Shown piece after piece: positions 1-12,534 of a stretch of 64,000 nt of DNA (the stretch's first letter is position 1; every line of letters starts with the position of its first letter). This stretch comes from Psammoneis japonica. Lineage: Eukaryota. A program made the position numbers and the translations under genes. The DNA is taken from NCBI GenBank assembly GCA_008632985.1, contig QPGO01000171.1, forward strand, positions 62,001-126,000, written 5' to 3'. The notes under the pieces are model-generated. The model saw only the letters and a program-made list of their open reading frames with translations. It made no database searches and was not told the origin of the DNA.

Positions 1-1260
1 CATGACAATCCTGGAACCGAGAGTGGGGATTGCGCGTCTGAGTAAACACATCCTGTGGACTCAGACCCACAGATGGGTCTGGCATCACGTTATAAAGCAC
101 AACAGCATGGTCCACAGCCAAAGGCCAAAGAGTAGCGTCTGCAACATCAGGCCAATGAATTGCTGCATGCAACATCACACTTCTCGCGATCGACATTGCA
201 GTGTGTGTTGCTCGTTCACAAACCCCGTTGTGATGGTGAGCTCCCACACTGGCATGCTTTGAAACTTGTGCAAAAGACTCCAAGTGAACTCTGAAATTGG
301 CCGACGTGAATGCCTTTCCAATGTCGCTCAAATGTTCTTGGGGAACAACGCCACAATCACGACAACGGGCCTCAAATGCGTTCTTGGCCTTCAAAGTTTC
401 ATGGGTGTTGAGGTGAGTTTGATGTTGAACGTTGACACAACCAGATGCATGATCCACAAAAATTGCTCCACCTGAACACTGATGTTTTATGTTCTCCTTT
501 CCAAAAGCATGTTTCAGATGACCACGCATGGAACAAACAAAGTGATCAACCGATGCTCATTGACCAGGGAACAGTTGGTTTTTCTTCAAGGCTCCAGCTC
601 GATCCTTGACCACACGAGAACTCTTTCCGGGGCTGGGATGGCGTTTTTGTTTTCCACATTGGCATGCAGCACAAAGGGGCAGACGATCGACACGACAAGA
701 GCGCGTTAATGCAAATGACGGGCACCCTCGGAGTGGGATGGAACTCCCGTGTGCATCAAAAATTGCACCTTTCGAAAGCTTGGATGGCCGAGACGAAAAT
801 GCCAACGTAGTGACTCCTTTTCAGCAGGTGAGACATTGTGATTGTGTTCCATTGTCGTTGACAACATCAAATGAAACTCCTCACAAATTCGTTGACTTGC
901 TTGATTTGCATGGGCCCATCCAACCGGTAAGTTGGTTGAAGGTTCAACCAACACCTCAACACCATGCCTGTGTCCTTGTTCGCAATCCTTGGATCCACTG
1001 AGGCTCGATAGACTCATCCGAGCATGTCTGCAAGAGACTGGTTGTGCTCAAGAGACGAGCCTTGGACTTCGGGATGTAGTGGGCCAGAACCTTCAGGGTC
1101 TGAAGCACCCCAGTGACATCAACAAAAGACCAAGCAACGTGTCCCACACCTGCCACATTGAGTCCCTTAGCAACACCTTGGAGCCGGATGGCGACAGGTG
1201 GTTTCTCAAGAGGTCTGACGAAGTCGTCCTTGCAAGCAAGGTGAGACCGATGCGCTTGCA
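1..1260 (-). pseudogene. Ty1/copia element A: frameshifted protease C-terminus, pre-integrase and integrase core
   Basis: Minus-strand translation gives SPAEKESLRWHFRLGHPSFRKVQ (pre-integrase), then GGAIFVDHASG...GAHHHNGVCERA...LHAAIHWP...LWPLAVDHAV (rve core), with stops and frameshifts. Runs off the window start. Confidence 0.85.
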
Positions 1261-3607
1261 CCTGAGTCCCAAATGACTGGGAAAGTGTGCTCTTGAACCA
1301 CTTCCTCTGTCTCCTTAGGACTCGCAAAAGCCACCTTGAGAGCACCAGCAACAGAAAGCAGGGATGACGGGATGTCAGCATTTGCTAGATGAGCCTTGGC
1401 TGCCAGGGAGCAGATGGCATCAAGCTGGGAGCACATCAAACCGTGCGCAACCTTCGAACTAGCAGGGCGACACGTGGGTGTCTTGAGGTTCCGACCACCT
1501 TGATGATGAACATCGGGACCCCTTTTTAGAGCAGTGCTCTTACAACGTCTGGCACCCTTGGGACAACCTGCCTCTCCCTCTCGACCAAGGAGAGGACGTG
1601 CGCATGAAGGTGAGTGACCACTCGAAGGCCTTGACCTCCCCGCTTGTGTGTCATGCAACTGATCACGCTGCTGCTGCTTGACATTGGGTGCTCCACGGGC
1701 TCGTTGGACGAGAGAGGGATGCCTGGCTGGAGTGTGGCGGCGTCCGGAGCGAGGCTGAAGCTCCCGCAGGCGACGACGCCCCCAACGACCACGACGCTTG
1801 GAGAACTTGGTTCCTTGGCGTGTAGTCCAGCAGGGAGGTGGGGGAGGAGGAGGAGCACGTTGGGCTTTGGCACGAGCATCATGCTCAAACTTAGATGGCA
1901 AGAAGACGGCCGCTAGAAGCATCAGGAACCAGAGAGCAGGTAGAGGGTAGAGATGCCAGTGTGACGAGATGTGCGACGCAACAACCGTCATGAGCCAGAC
2001 CATGGCGTTGACTCCAACAATCCACCAGTTGGCCGGAAGCTGGGAACACCAATGTCCCAAGGTAGCACAGAGCAGCGGAGATGCAAAAGGGTGGATCAAG
2101 GTGAGCACAACTTGAAACAGTCCAAGCAGCACGTCCTTGAAGCCTGACTCAAAGTCGAATTCCGCGTGCCATGCTCCAGGATCCAGGAAGAGGGTGTTGG
2201 CTTGCTGAGTTGGTGCAGGAGGTGATCCATCCTTCTGCCCATGCTCAGCAGTGCCATGAGTGGTCGACCAACGACGGCACTTGGCACACCAGTGCCAAGT
2301 CTTATCCTGCACAACCTTGGACTCAGGTTGTCCGGGATGAGGCGCGACCTTCTTCCAGTTGCGCGCAACGCCACTGCTGCCATTGCTCCCATTGCCACCC
2401 TGGCTGCCGTTGCCACCAGAGCGGGTCTTGCCCCTTCCACCTCGACCTCCACCGCTTTGCCCAGGGTTTGAGCCACCGTGGTTGCTCCCAGTGCCCTCAC
2501 CAGACTTGTCAGGACAGTCACGTGCCCAGTGTCTGAGCTTGCCGCAGTTGTTGCATGGAGAGTTTTCCAGAGTTTTCTTTCCGGTGGCAGCCTTTTGCTG
2601 GAAGAGAGCATTGAACTGTGCCTGAGTGAGTGGAACTCCAACTGTTTGACAAGTGGCAGAGGGATCAAGTGCTGGGTTTCCAAAGGCTCTGGGACCGGCT
2701 TTGGAATCCGTCGCGTGCTTGATCGGGTCCCACTGCAAGTTGTTCTTGAACAAGTGGTGGCGGTCCAGGATCTTTCCAATGACTTGAGTGCAGGTAAGGT
2801 TCTTGGATGCAAGGCATCGTTTTGCATCCGTCTTAGACTTGTACACTGTCTCAACCAGTGCCTCGCTCAAGTTCTCTTTCATGGTTCGAAGGGCATGCTT
2901 GAACTGCTGGCCGTTTTTGCCATCCCCGCCAGCTTCCAGCCATGTGTTGACCAAGGTAAGCGTCAGCTTGTGGTCACACTGACCCGCAACATCTAACTCT
3001 TGGGCCGTAGTCTTGAACTTAGACAGCAGCTCGGAGAGATCCTGACCGGCGAACTGGGAGGGCTTGAGTTCCTCCAGCTGTTTTTCGAGTTGCTTGAAAC
3101 GTTTGATGGACGTGCTTTGGAGGATCACGATGAAAGCCATCCAAACCTTCGGAAAGCAATCCGTCTCCTCCGTCTCCAGATCCAGCTGCATGGCTAGGCT
3201 GGTCTCCAAGGAGTTCTTGAGAAACTCAGTAGCGTCCCTGTCATTGGATTTATCGCAGGAGTCACACTTGGCAAGTTGAGGTGCGACAAGACGGGCGATG
3301 CTCGATTTGGAATACCGAGGATGTCCTTCAACGCAGGACGTCACAGAAGTTGAGTCCTCAGGGTCCTGGAGGTAAGTTACCGCATCCAAACCGCAGTCCT
3401 TAAGATGCTTCATCACGTTCTTCTCAAAGGTTGCAAGGTCTCCCTTCTTGGTGAACTTGGTTGAAAGTCCGGTGACGCGGTAGTCCTTGCTCTTCTGGGT
3501 GGAAGAAATGTGGTGGGAGCGATGCTGATTCAGAGACGTCGGACTAGAGTTGGCAGTTTCCAATCCGGACCAATCAGCCTTGGGTTTCCCACCAGTCCAA
3601 GCAACTT
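1206..3607 (-). pseudogene. Ty1/copia element A: gag body and aspartic protease
   Basis: ORF 1206..3644 has a CCHC knuckle (CNNCGKLRHWARDC), a second WHWCAKCRRWSTTHGTAEH motif and the protease motif VIWDSGAS. The first residues of the listed ORF come from the LTR of inserted element B. Confidence 0.85.
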
Positions 3608-3852
3608 TGACAGAAAATGAAGATGACTGGGTGGAAGAAAACAATGACTCCTTACTGCTGTCTAAATAGCAGATGAGTCTCCGTGCAGAGACCGTTACAG
3701 GAGCCGAAAGACTGGTGTCGTGACATCGGTGCTACTGTCATTATTCTTGTGAGCCGAGTGGCTCGAAAGCAAACTACATCGCGCGATGCGCGCAGAACTA
3801 AGAGCACACATAATTATGTGTGATAAACTAAAATCTTGTTCAAATCCTGTCA
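3608..3852 (-). repeat. 3' LTR of element B
   Basis: 245 bp, direct repeat of 9968-10212, preceded on the minus strand by the PPT-like AAACTGGGGAG. Confidence 0.95.
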
Positions 3853-6800
3853 CTCCCCAGTTTGCTTGAGGGGTCAACAGTGACAGATTCAAAGCCGGAT
3901 TGGTTGAAAGCCTTGGGATCGAAGTTCCAAAACATTAGAAGACTAAGGAGGTTCCAGATTTGGGAGTAACCCCAATGCTTGCTGAGGATGTCAGCTGGGT
4001 TGCGGGAGCCTTCGATAAAATGAAACTCGAGGAAACCGGAGGCAATCGCCTCACGTACACGATGGAACGAGAGGGCGGTGTGTCGCTTGTGTAACTTGGA
4101 GTGCGGGATGGTAGCACTGTCCACAACCGACTTGTTGTCCCCAAACATGTGACATGTTTCACGAATGGGAACGCCAAGGTAACGTAAAGTGATGCGCAGA
4201 TCAATGATCTGCTCAACGCACGTCCTTGCGGCAACAAACTCGGATCCACATGTAGCAGTCTCAACTGTTGCTTGTTTCTTAGAGAACCAATCAGCCGGAA
4301 ACTTGTTGAGGAAATGGAGGATGCCGGTGACAGAGCGTCCAGTGAGCATGCAATGGAACAAGTTCGCATCAAGGTAGTGTGTGGTGGTGACGAACTTGCC
4401 AAGCGGCTCGGGTGCATCTTGCAGGAGCAGCTCTTCTACCTCCCCATACACAGATTGAGCCCAGTCATGCACGGGCTCAGGGAGGTCCGAATAGTCGGGC
4501 TCCTCGGTGCGCACTCGGAGGGTGCCATGACGCATCTTGGAGAGGAATCCGCAGATGCGTTTGGCACGGTCTAGCTGGCCTTGGCGGGGCGCTGCACGGA
4601 AGCTAGACAGGGACATGACAGCCGTAGTAATGTTGATGCGACCTGGAGACACAGCCCATTGCAGGGATCCAATTAAGGTTTGGAATTGGTGGATGCCCTC
4701 CTTTTTGAGTAATTCGGAGGTGTCGAGTTCAGGGTGGTCACCCTTGTCAAGGGGTGAAAGCACATCAGTGCGGGGCTTCTCCCCAAAGAGACGTGCGTAG
4801 TTGTCAACCATGCGCTCAATGCACTTGCGGGGAGCAAGGCACAGGGTGCCATCTGGGTCACCGGTGAAATCGCAGCCAAGATGGAACTCCAGTGGTCCAG
4901 TGCCCTTGAGCTTGAACTTGCATTTCTCCATGAGGGTGTCTGCAAAAGCCTGGGGGTCCTTCATGGTGAAGGCTGGGTCATCCACATACACTGCCACGTG
5001 TTCGTAGTGGTCACCATTCCTGCGCAGCCAGATGTTGGGTTCGGCTTTGCATGGGAAGAAGCCTTCGGCACGCAAGCAATCAGCAAAGTGTTCATGCCAT
5101 CTGAGGCCGGAGCTGCGGAGTCCGTACAAGGCCTTGTGGATGACAAGGATGTGTCCTTCCAGGTTGCCGAACTCGGGGCCTGCTGCGATGTACAGTTTCT
5201 CCTTGGTCGTAGCTTCAAGGTAGGCATCCCCAATGTCAGTGGCCCAGGTCTCTAGTTCATTGAGTTCAGCCAGGAAGATCATCATTTGCAGGCCACGGAG
5301 AGACACTACTCTGGAATAGACACTGTCGACGGGCACGTATGTGAGGTGTCCATCAGCAACAAGCCTTGTGCCGTCCGTCATGTTTGATGTCATAGACGAG
5401 ATGCACCCGGACCTTCTTGTGTCCTGATGGAGCACTGGAATCGTTGTGGTGTCCGCAGTCATGGAAGACCTCGCACTCATCAAACTGAGTCATCTCGAGG
5501 TCCGTTGCGTCTCCCCACTTGCGGTTGCCATTGCGCTCATCAAGGGCCATGGCATGCTTGCAGTCCCGTGGCACTACACCCCCGCACTTGTGTCGTGGCG
5601 CAGTGCGAAAGGAGCGTAACTTGGCTTGGTTGGCCATGTGGAATAGCTTCTTCTGATGAAGGGCTATCTTGCAAAAATGTCTCCATCCTTCGGTTTCTAG
5701 AAGGCCGTGCTCATGCGCGTAGATGGCACAGGTGATGGGATCGTCCTTGGCAATGATGGCAAGGGGTTTGGATGTGACCTCCCCATTCTCCCATTCAAGC
5801 ATGACGTTGTAGCTTGAGCCTTTCCAAGAGGGATCATGGGGTCGCAATGGTCCTTCGTGCGATGCGATGTGTCGGAACTTCCAGAGGGTGGTGTCCTCGT
5901 CTTCTTGCTCAATGTGGTGCATGATGTCATTGCAGGCTAGGACTTCCTCGCACTCATCATTGTTGACGGAGCAAATGAACTTGACCAGTTCAGGATTGCC
6001 TCCGATTTTCCAGTTGTGGTCCTCAATGGCTTTGACCATGCAGGCTCTGTGGCATTGTCCATCCTCTTGTGGCTTCATGAGGAAGGTGCGTCCCATGATG
6101 TCCTCGGGGTCAAAGACCGGCATTTTGGGCATCCTGATTGCCTCCCCATCTGGTGAATCTGGCGAATCCTCAGAGTCGTGGCGGGATTTAATGTCAGGTT
6201 CAGCAGATTTCTTATCAGGAGGATCAAGATGCAGGTTTGGAGCAGATGGATCACAGGCGGAGCGCACGTTGGAACGGCAGAGAATCTTCTGAGTGTCATC
6301 AGAAAGAATCTTGAACGTCATTTGGTGACCAACGTGTTCGGTGATGCCAACGAAGTGACCACATAATTCATGGGATTCAGACGGCCAGTCGGAATCATCC
6401 AGGTGGCAGCACATCAGTTCCCACCATTGAAAGCCGAGGAGCGGGCTGATGTTGGGAGTGGAGCCGGATGGCACCTCAGTGGGGGTACGCCAGTGGAGCT
6501 TGGCGGATGCCGTGTGGTTGAGCACAAAGCACACGTGCATCAGGGTGAGCAGCCAGGTGTAAGCCGGGGACCCAAAGTGATCCATGACAGTGTTGGCCAT
6601 GGTCTTCACAGTTTGGCAGCGGTGTTCAGCAAAATTCTGATGCTGGTGGTGAGGCTCGCTTTGCCAACTAGAGATGAAGAGGGCACGAAGGATGCCAAGA
6701 ACATTGTTGCTGATCTCAACCTGAGCACGGTGGCTGATGAGCTTGGACGGGGCACCACGATTTACGAATGTTGTCTTCGAGGGTGTTGACAAATTCTTTG

Positions 6801-8983
6801 TCAGTTTTCGTGCCACACACATCAGTGAGAAGAGATTCCGTGCCGACAAAGAGCTGGGCGCTGGTGCAACCAGAGTCAATGGCAGGGGTGTCGGAGTGGA
6901 CCGTGTTGGCAGCAACGGGTTCATTATGTCGGTGGACATTGAGAGCCGGGTTGGGCGATTTGTACGCCTTTTTCAGGTGCGTGCTGGCTGGCATGCGGGC
7001 GTGCTGCGTCGTGCAATCAAAAGTGCGGCGGACAGTGTCCTTCGGGAGAAAGCCAAAGCAGGGGTGGAGGGACTCAAAGTTGGGATCCTTGGGGATTGAG
7101 TTCGCCCTCATGGCATTCATAGAAGAAATCAGATGTTGGGAGCAGGTGATCATCAATGACGGAGTCTGCAAGCATGGCGTTGTTGACAACATGGCGGTGA
7201 CGATAGTTGCCGAACTCATCAAAGAGGTTGGCAGTTGGGTCATCTTGGAGGTCAGACACGGCATCACACCAAGTCTCATCATCCGTGAACTGGTGGTCAA
7301 GGACAGATGGATCCCATGTGTCATCACCAGTGAGGATGACATGCAGCAGAGTGTCCCATTCGGTGTCGGTGTACGGGCGCATGGCGATGTGCGGGAGGCC
7401 GGCTTTAATGTCGATGGGAATGACGCATCCATCAACAGTGGTGACACGCTGCAGATCGTTGGGGACCTTGATGGACCGATCGTTGACATTGTGTTTGTGC
7501 CACTTGAGCTGGCCCCAAGAGTGCATTGTCTTCTTCCCCTTTCCAGTGTGGGCGTGCTGGTGAAGGATGGCAATGGCAGGGCCACGTTGCGTGTGGATGA
7601 CACCACCAGCAGTGACAATGGGAATGTCCACCAGTTGATGATCGTCAACACCTTGGACGTCAACCTGGCGACCAGTGCGGGCAATGACATGAACATCATC
7701 ACTGGCGATGCCACCGTTTGCACCACGATCCACGAGAGCACCTTTGCGAGTTGACTTGTGGGTCGCAGCAGCGTAAACGACATTGTGGTTGTTGATGCAA
7801 CGGTGTTTGTGGCCGTTGATCTCAATGTCAGTGTCATTGGGCTTCGCGTCGGAGTGGACAGAAGGTGCAGATCCGGGCGGTTTCTCACCAGAACAGGTGG
7901 AAGGAGGCCGTTCAGGTGCCAGGAGATGTTGCAAGTCGCCGGGTGGCAGGGGCTTGCACCTGGTGAGATGAGCCAGAATGGGGTTAGCATCGGCTGCAGC
8001 GTCGGATTGTGCAAAGGCTGACGCAAGATCGTGAGTGTTGGCGGACAAGTTGACATCGCCATCGCTGCCAATGCAGAGGTCGTGCAGGTTGACCACCGTC
8101 AAGTCATGGCAGTTGCTGGTGTGGGCGGTGTGCGAGCCAAGAATGATGGCCTTGGTGGACTGGGGCAAGGTGTCCCAAATGTGCTGATGGTCCGGCGGAA
8201 TGCGACGCCATTGTTGAGGTACGTGAGAAGGGTTGAGGACTCCAGGGATGCACGAGTGGAAGCAAGGGCGTACTTGGAGATGTTACGATGCACTGCTTGA
8301 GCATCAGAGGAGCCGACATGTTGACGAACAAGTGCCTTGCCTTTGTCATTCTGCAAGATCCGTTCGAATGCTATGAACATGCACTTCTGTTGTTCATCAA
8401 ACAGGGCCTTGTCCTCAGCTGTAGAGGGCTTGTACGTCGGATGGAGAATGCGTGCGACGTCTTGGGAGCGGGCCTGTGCGACAATGGAGGTGTGCCACGT
8501 GTGCCACTGTTTGTCAGACTTGAGAAGCGCAAAGGCAAGTGGGTCACGTTTGATGCCTTGTTTAAAGTCACGCATGGGATCACGTGGTTTGTGTGGCAAC
8601 GAGCCAGGAGTGGGAGCAGATGGTGCTGTACCCATGGAGAGGGACGCCACATGCTCAGGACTAAGACAATAGTTGGTGAACTCCTCTTGTGTGAACAATT
8701 GAGAGTCATTGCTAACATCCGCGCCACCGTGCGCTTTCACCATGTACAGGCTAATCAGCACAGCCATCTGTGCTTTGTAACCATGTGGCAAGGGCATTTG
8801 ATTGGTGCCGTCATTGTACACAAGGGCATCCAATTGCATCGGAGTAAAAGTGAAAAGGTCCTGACACGAATCGGTTCCATCAATGTTGAGGGCAGAGCGC
8901 AATGGACTGCCTGCGGCTTGATTCAGAACAGTGCCTAGAATGTGCTCGAGGCCATCGATTTGTTGTTGCCGGGTGAGAACCAT
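3840..8983 (-). pseudogene. gag-pol of element B (several frameshifts and a gag deletion)
   Basis: ORF pieces 8099..8983 (gag), 7074..8168 (protease LVDRGANGG), 5353..6939 (integrase) and 3840..5483 (RT YVDD, RNase H NPADILSKHW). The segment matching about 18880-19325 of element C is missing near 8215. Confidence 0.92.
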
Positions 8984-9625
8984 GTTGCAACTAGGTGGAT
9001 GTCGGAACTGGCTAGAATCGGAGTGTGGGCTTGAAATAACTTGAAACTTGACTTGAATCTTGACTTGATGTCTTGAACTGTCTTAAGAGTCAGAAACCGC
9101 GGGCTATGACATCCTGTTCGTAGTTAAGTGCCAAGCTTCCTATCCGGTCCATAGAGTTGTGCCGGCACGTCCAAACCCGCAGCTGTTGACGCTTTGGGTT
9201 GCTTGAGAGTGGAGCAACGGGTTAAAAACCCCTGCTGACAAGCTAACTAGAGGTGGACAAGACCTCTGAACCGTTCTTATTTTATGTTGGTTGGATGACC
9301 CGATCAGGCCGGCCAAATTTGGCGCTGTGGAGGGACGAACAAACGTGGGAAATGCACCCTCACCCCAATGCAGGCTGCAATCATGAACTGCTTCCTCTCA
9401 CAGTTGTCCTCGTGGACCTTGCAGGACTGTAGAAGACCAGCAATCCGGTGTAGATACAAGGCGGTAGACTTGGCGTGTGTGGAGCAGAGCCAGAGTCAGG
9501 GGTTTATGTTGTGTGCACGTGGACGCGAGAGGATGGATTGGTGGGATCCGCTACAAGGAATCCGGAATCTTGGATGTCTGAGAATTCGGGAATTCCTGGC
9601 CAAACAAACATCCGTTGAATAAATG

Positions 9626-9966
9626 TGTCCAACGATGGGAGGCATTGGATAAATCAAAACGTGTAGATTTTAATCCAGCATCCAGCAGTGAAGGAGGTAG
9701 ATGCACCCTTCCACCACCAATGGTGCGTGTCATCAAAAATTTCTCGATGACGATGATGAACACTCAACGGACAATAAAGAGCAAGACTGTTAATTTTGTT
9801 CAACGATGGGAGGCACTGGATAAATCCAAACGTGTAGATTTAATCCAGTGTCCAGCAGTGAAGGAGGTAGATATGTGCTTCCACCACCCAACGATGCGCG
9901 TCGTCGAAAAATTTCTCGATGATGATGATGAACGCTCAATGGACAATAAAGAGCAAGACTGTCAAT
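9626..9966 (-). repeat. Diverged tandem duplication (about 171 bp x2) in the leader of element B, including the PBS
   Basis: 9626-9794 and 9797-9966 align. Each ends in AAAGAGCAAGACTGT(T/C)AAT on the plus strand. Confidence 0.85.
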
Positions 9967-9967
9967 C

Positions 9968-10212
9968 TGACAGAAAATGAAGATGACTGGGTGGAAGAAA
10001 ACAACAACTCCTTGGTGCTGTCTAAACAGCAGATGAGTCTCCATGCAGAGACCGTTGCAGGAGCCGAAAGACTGGTGTCGTGATGTCGGTGCTGCTGTTG
10101 TTGTTCTTGTGAGCCGTGTGGCTCAAAAGCAAACTACATCGCGCGATGCGTGCGGAACTAAGAGCACTAACAATCATGTGTGACAAACTAAAATCTTGTT
10201 CAAATCCTGTCA
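9968..10212 (-). repeat. 5' LTR of element B
   Basis: 245-bp copy of 3608-3852, followed on the minus strand by GATTGACAGTCTTGCTC (PBS position, 9951-9967). Confidence 0.95.
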
Positions 10213-10342
10213 CTCCCCAGTTTGCTTGAGGGGTCAACAGCGATAGATTCAAAGTCGGATTGGTTGAAAGCCTTGGGATCGAAGTTACTAAGAGCACACA
10301 CAATTGTGTGTGACAAACTAAAATCTTGTTCAAATCCTGTCA
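10213..10342 (-). repeat. Extra PPT/pol-end fragment (10213-10286) plus 56-bp LTR start (10287-10342)
   Basis: 10213-10286 repeats 3853-3926. 10287-10342 repeats the first 56 nt of the LTR and abuts the TSD. Confidence 0.9.
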
Positions 10343-10717
10343 AACTTTCTCAGTGGAGCCAATGGAGACAACTCCCCCCATCTTAGGAGCCTTGGGTTTG
10401 TAGACTTTCGTCTTCGGAATCGCCACGGCTGCCACAGCAGCCATGGCCTGAAGAGCACAATGTTCGTCATCCGTCATGCCATCGCTTGCGGCGGGCTCGT
10501 CATCGTCCGAGTCATCATCCGAATCATCTGGGTGATGCACCAAGGGCGGAACAGACTCGTTGTCCGAGTTGTTAGGATCCTGAGGTGGTGGATTATCCTC
10601 CGGTGGAGGTTGATCCTCAGGAGGCTGGTCCTCGAACACTTTGGGGTCATCAGCCATGTCCGACAGCATGCTTGAAGCTGTCGAATCGGACCAGTCATCT
10701 GGGACATTCTCAATCAA
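10343..10717 (-). pseudogene. Ty1/copia element A: gag N-terminus, separated from the rest by insertion of element B
   Basis: ORF ends ...GGVVSIGSTEKV and resumes in frame as (KV)AWTGGKPKADW at 3607 across the duplicated target site AACTT. Confidence 0.8.
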
Positions 10718-11572
10718 AGAGTGTGAGCTCGGAGAACTCTCTTGGGTCTCAGGAGGGCCACGGGGTGGAGCAGGGCCTGAGATGGTGCATGTGCAAAATC
10801 AACAATAAACCTTCTGGCAGAACCAGCCATCTAGCTGACGGAGTCAGGCGCAGTGCTTGACATCAAGAGCGCGGAGCGCAGCCAGAGGGGAGCACTGATG
10901 GCATCAGAGCCGCAGATGGTTGCTCTGGTTTGGGCATCCCCAAACGGAAGCGTAGAACATGTCAACTAAGTTGCCCCAATTGGGCAAATTAACCAGTCGA
11001 AGCTCGCGTGTCCACGCAGCTCCGAATGCCTTCCTGACGTGTCGACTGGATGTCCACTCCCAGACCAATGCCTCAGGCAGAACACAAGTGTACAGAATCT
11101 ACCAACAAGCAACAACGAGCATTTGTTCTTTCACAAAAGTGCCAGTGACCAAATTATGAGCTGCCTAGACTGAATCTACTGAATGCACCCAAACAGAGGT
11201 TGATCCGTAGGTTTGTGCCAGAGACTGGCACAAACTTCAGGGTTGAGGCATTCGCACAACGAGCTGATGGATGGCAAGATGATTGGACTTTCTGAATTTT
11301 TTTTGCACTGGAAACTTTGTGCGCGCTGCACGCATCATTGCTGAAAATCGGCGACATGACGGTGGTGTGTTGTCATAACGACAGCGATGACAGCGACGTG
11401 TCCCAGAGTCTTTTGTCATCATGGACGTTTAGTTTGTTAAAAAGTTCATGAATGCATTCAGTCATGAAAGTCCCTGAGAGCAATCTCTGTTCGAAATCAA
11501 AACATCACACCAATGCCGAGCTCTGTTTTCCGACCTGTCACTGTCATGCTTTCATTGTTGAACGATTAAGAG

Positions 11573-11995
11573 TTGACGCGTTCCAGCTCAAGGTGGGACC
11601 TCGCACTGCTGAACTGTGACATCAACAGTTTTTTGGATCGCGTCGCATGCAGCGGACGTACATTTCTACGTGTGATGTTCTACAAAATTGTTTCACACTC
11701 GCTGTTTTGCGAAGCCAAAGGCTTTCTATTTTCAACATTTATGAGAATGAAAACATGCTGGGTATGTTCTTTAATGTCTGAAGAACATGCCCGGGCAAAC
11801 TGTCATTGATGTGCTCCAAGTGTAAAGGAGGAGATGCGTTCGTAAAATTGCCTCTTTTTCTGTTGGTGATCATTTGTATTTTCATTGCAGCACAAATTTA
11901 CTACGGAGCTTGCACGTAGAATTCTACGGGCCCAATGTCACACTGAGTCCCACCTAGGACTGGAACCCCGTCAGTTCATGAGGGGGGACTTTCTT
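11573..11995. repeat. Remnant related to the termini of the DIRS-like element
   Basis: The reverse complement of about 11573-11660 aligns with about 31618-31702 (GCGATCCAAAAAACT..GATGTCACAGTT.AGCAGTGCGAGGTCCCACCT.GAGCTGGAACGC). 11905-11995 has weaker similarity to both ends. Confidence 0.55.
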
Positions 11996-12534
11996 TGCAT
12001 GTTCGTGTCCACAACAGTGCAATCGATCATTGTGACAAGTGCCCACCATTGCAAAGTCGTCCTGCACGAGCTTGAGAAAAATGTCATCATCATCGTCGGC
12101 GTCGACGGCAATTTGTCACGCAAATCGCAAAAAATGCACGACTGTCGTCTGTCTGACATTGCGCTGCTGTGTGCTCGTTGTGCACATGCCTTGACCACAT
12201 TCACAACAATCATCCAAATACTGCTGAACCAATCTATGGTTGGTCCAACATCTGTGCAACACCTATGATCTCCAAAGCACCGCCTATGATCCCCAAAGCG
12301 TTCGGCTTGAGAATCGAGTCGACGTGGCGCGAAAAGAATTTCAATAAGAATTCCGACCGATGGAAGTACAGACACAACAGAGAATCTGGGTCGGTGGACA
12401 GACGACCCACGACTTGTACAGTATTTCGCATGCTCGCTCGTGCCTTTTGCTTGCGAGGTCGTGCGTGCGTTGCCTTTTTGAGAGAGTGATGTGCGTGGGC
12501 GTTCACTGTCATGCACTGACTGTACCGGTAGATT

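Larger units (their letters stand above)
3608..10342 (-). mobile_element. Ty1/copia LTR retrotransposon B (degenerate, paralog of element C)
   Basis: TG...CA termini, 5-bp TSD AACTT at 3603-3607 and 10343-10347, two 245-bp LTRs, and gag-PR-IN-RT-RH domain order. Confidence 0.95.

Noticed and set aside
6768..7754. 328-aa plus-strand ORF, and similar ORFs at 18650..19780, 18696..19805 and 19812..20990
   Set aside because: Antisense or shifted-frame shadows of gag-pol in stop-poor sequence, with no independent motifs.
10899..10911. TGGCATCAGAGCC resembling an iMet PBS
   Set aside because: Wrong strand for element A and no LTR end (CA) adjacent; probably chance. The 5' LTR of element A could not be delimited.
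12169..12531. Possible upstream exon of the transporter gene
   Set aside because: The obvious GT donor at 12461 does not join the 12535 frame, so it is left unannotated.
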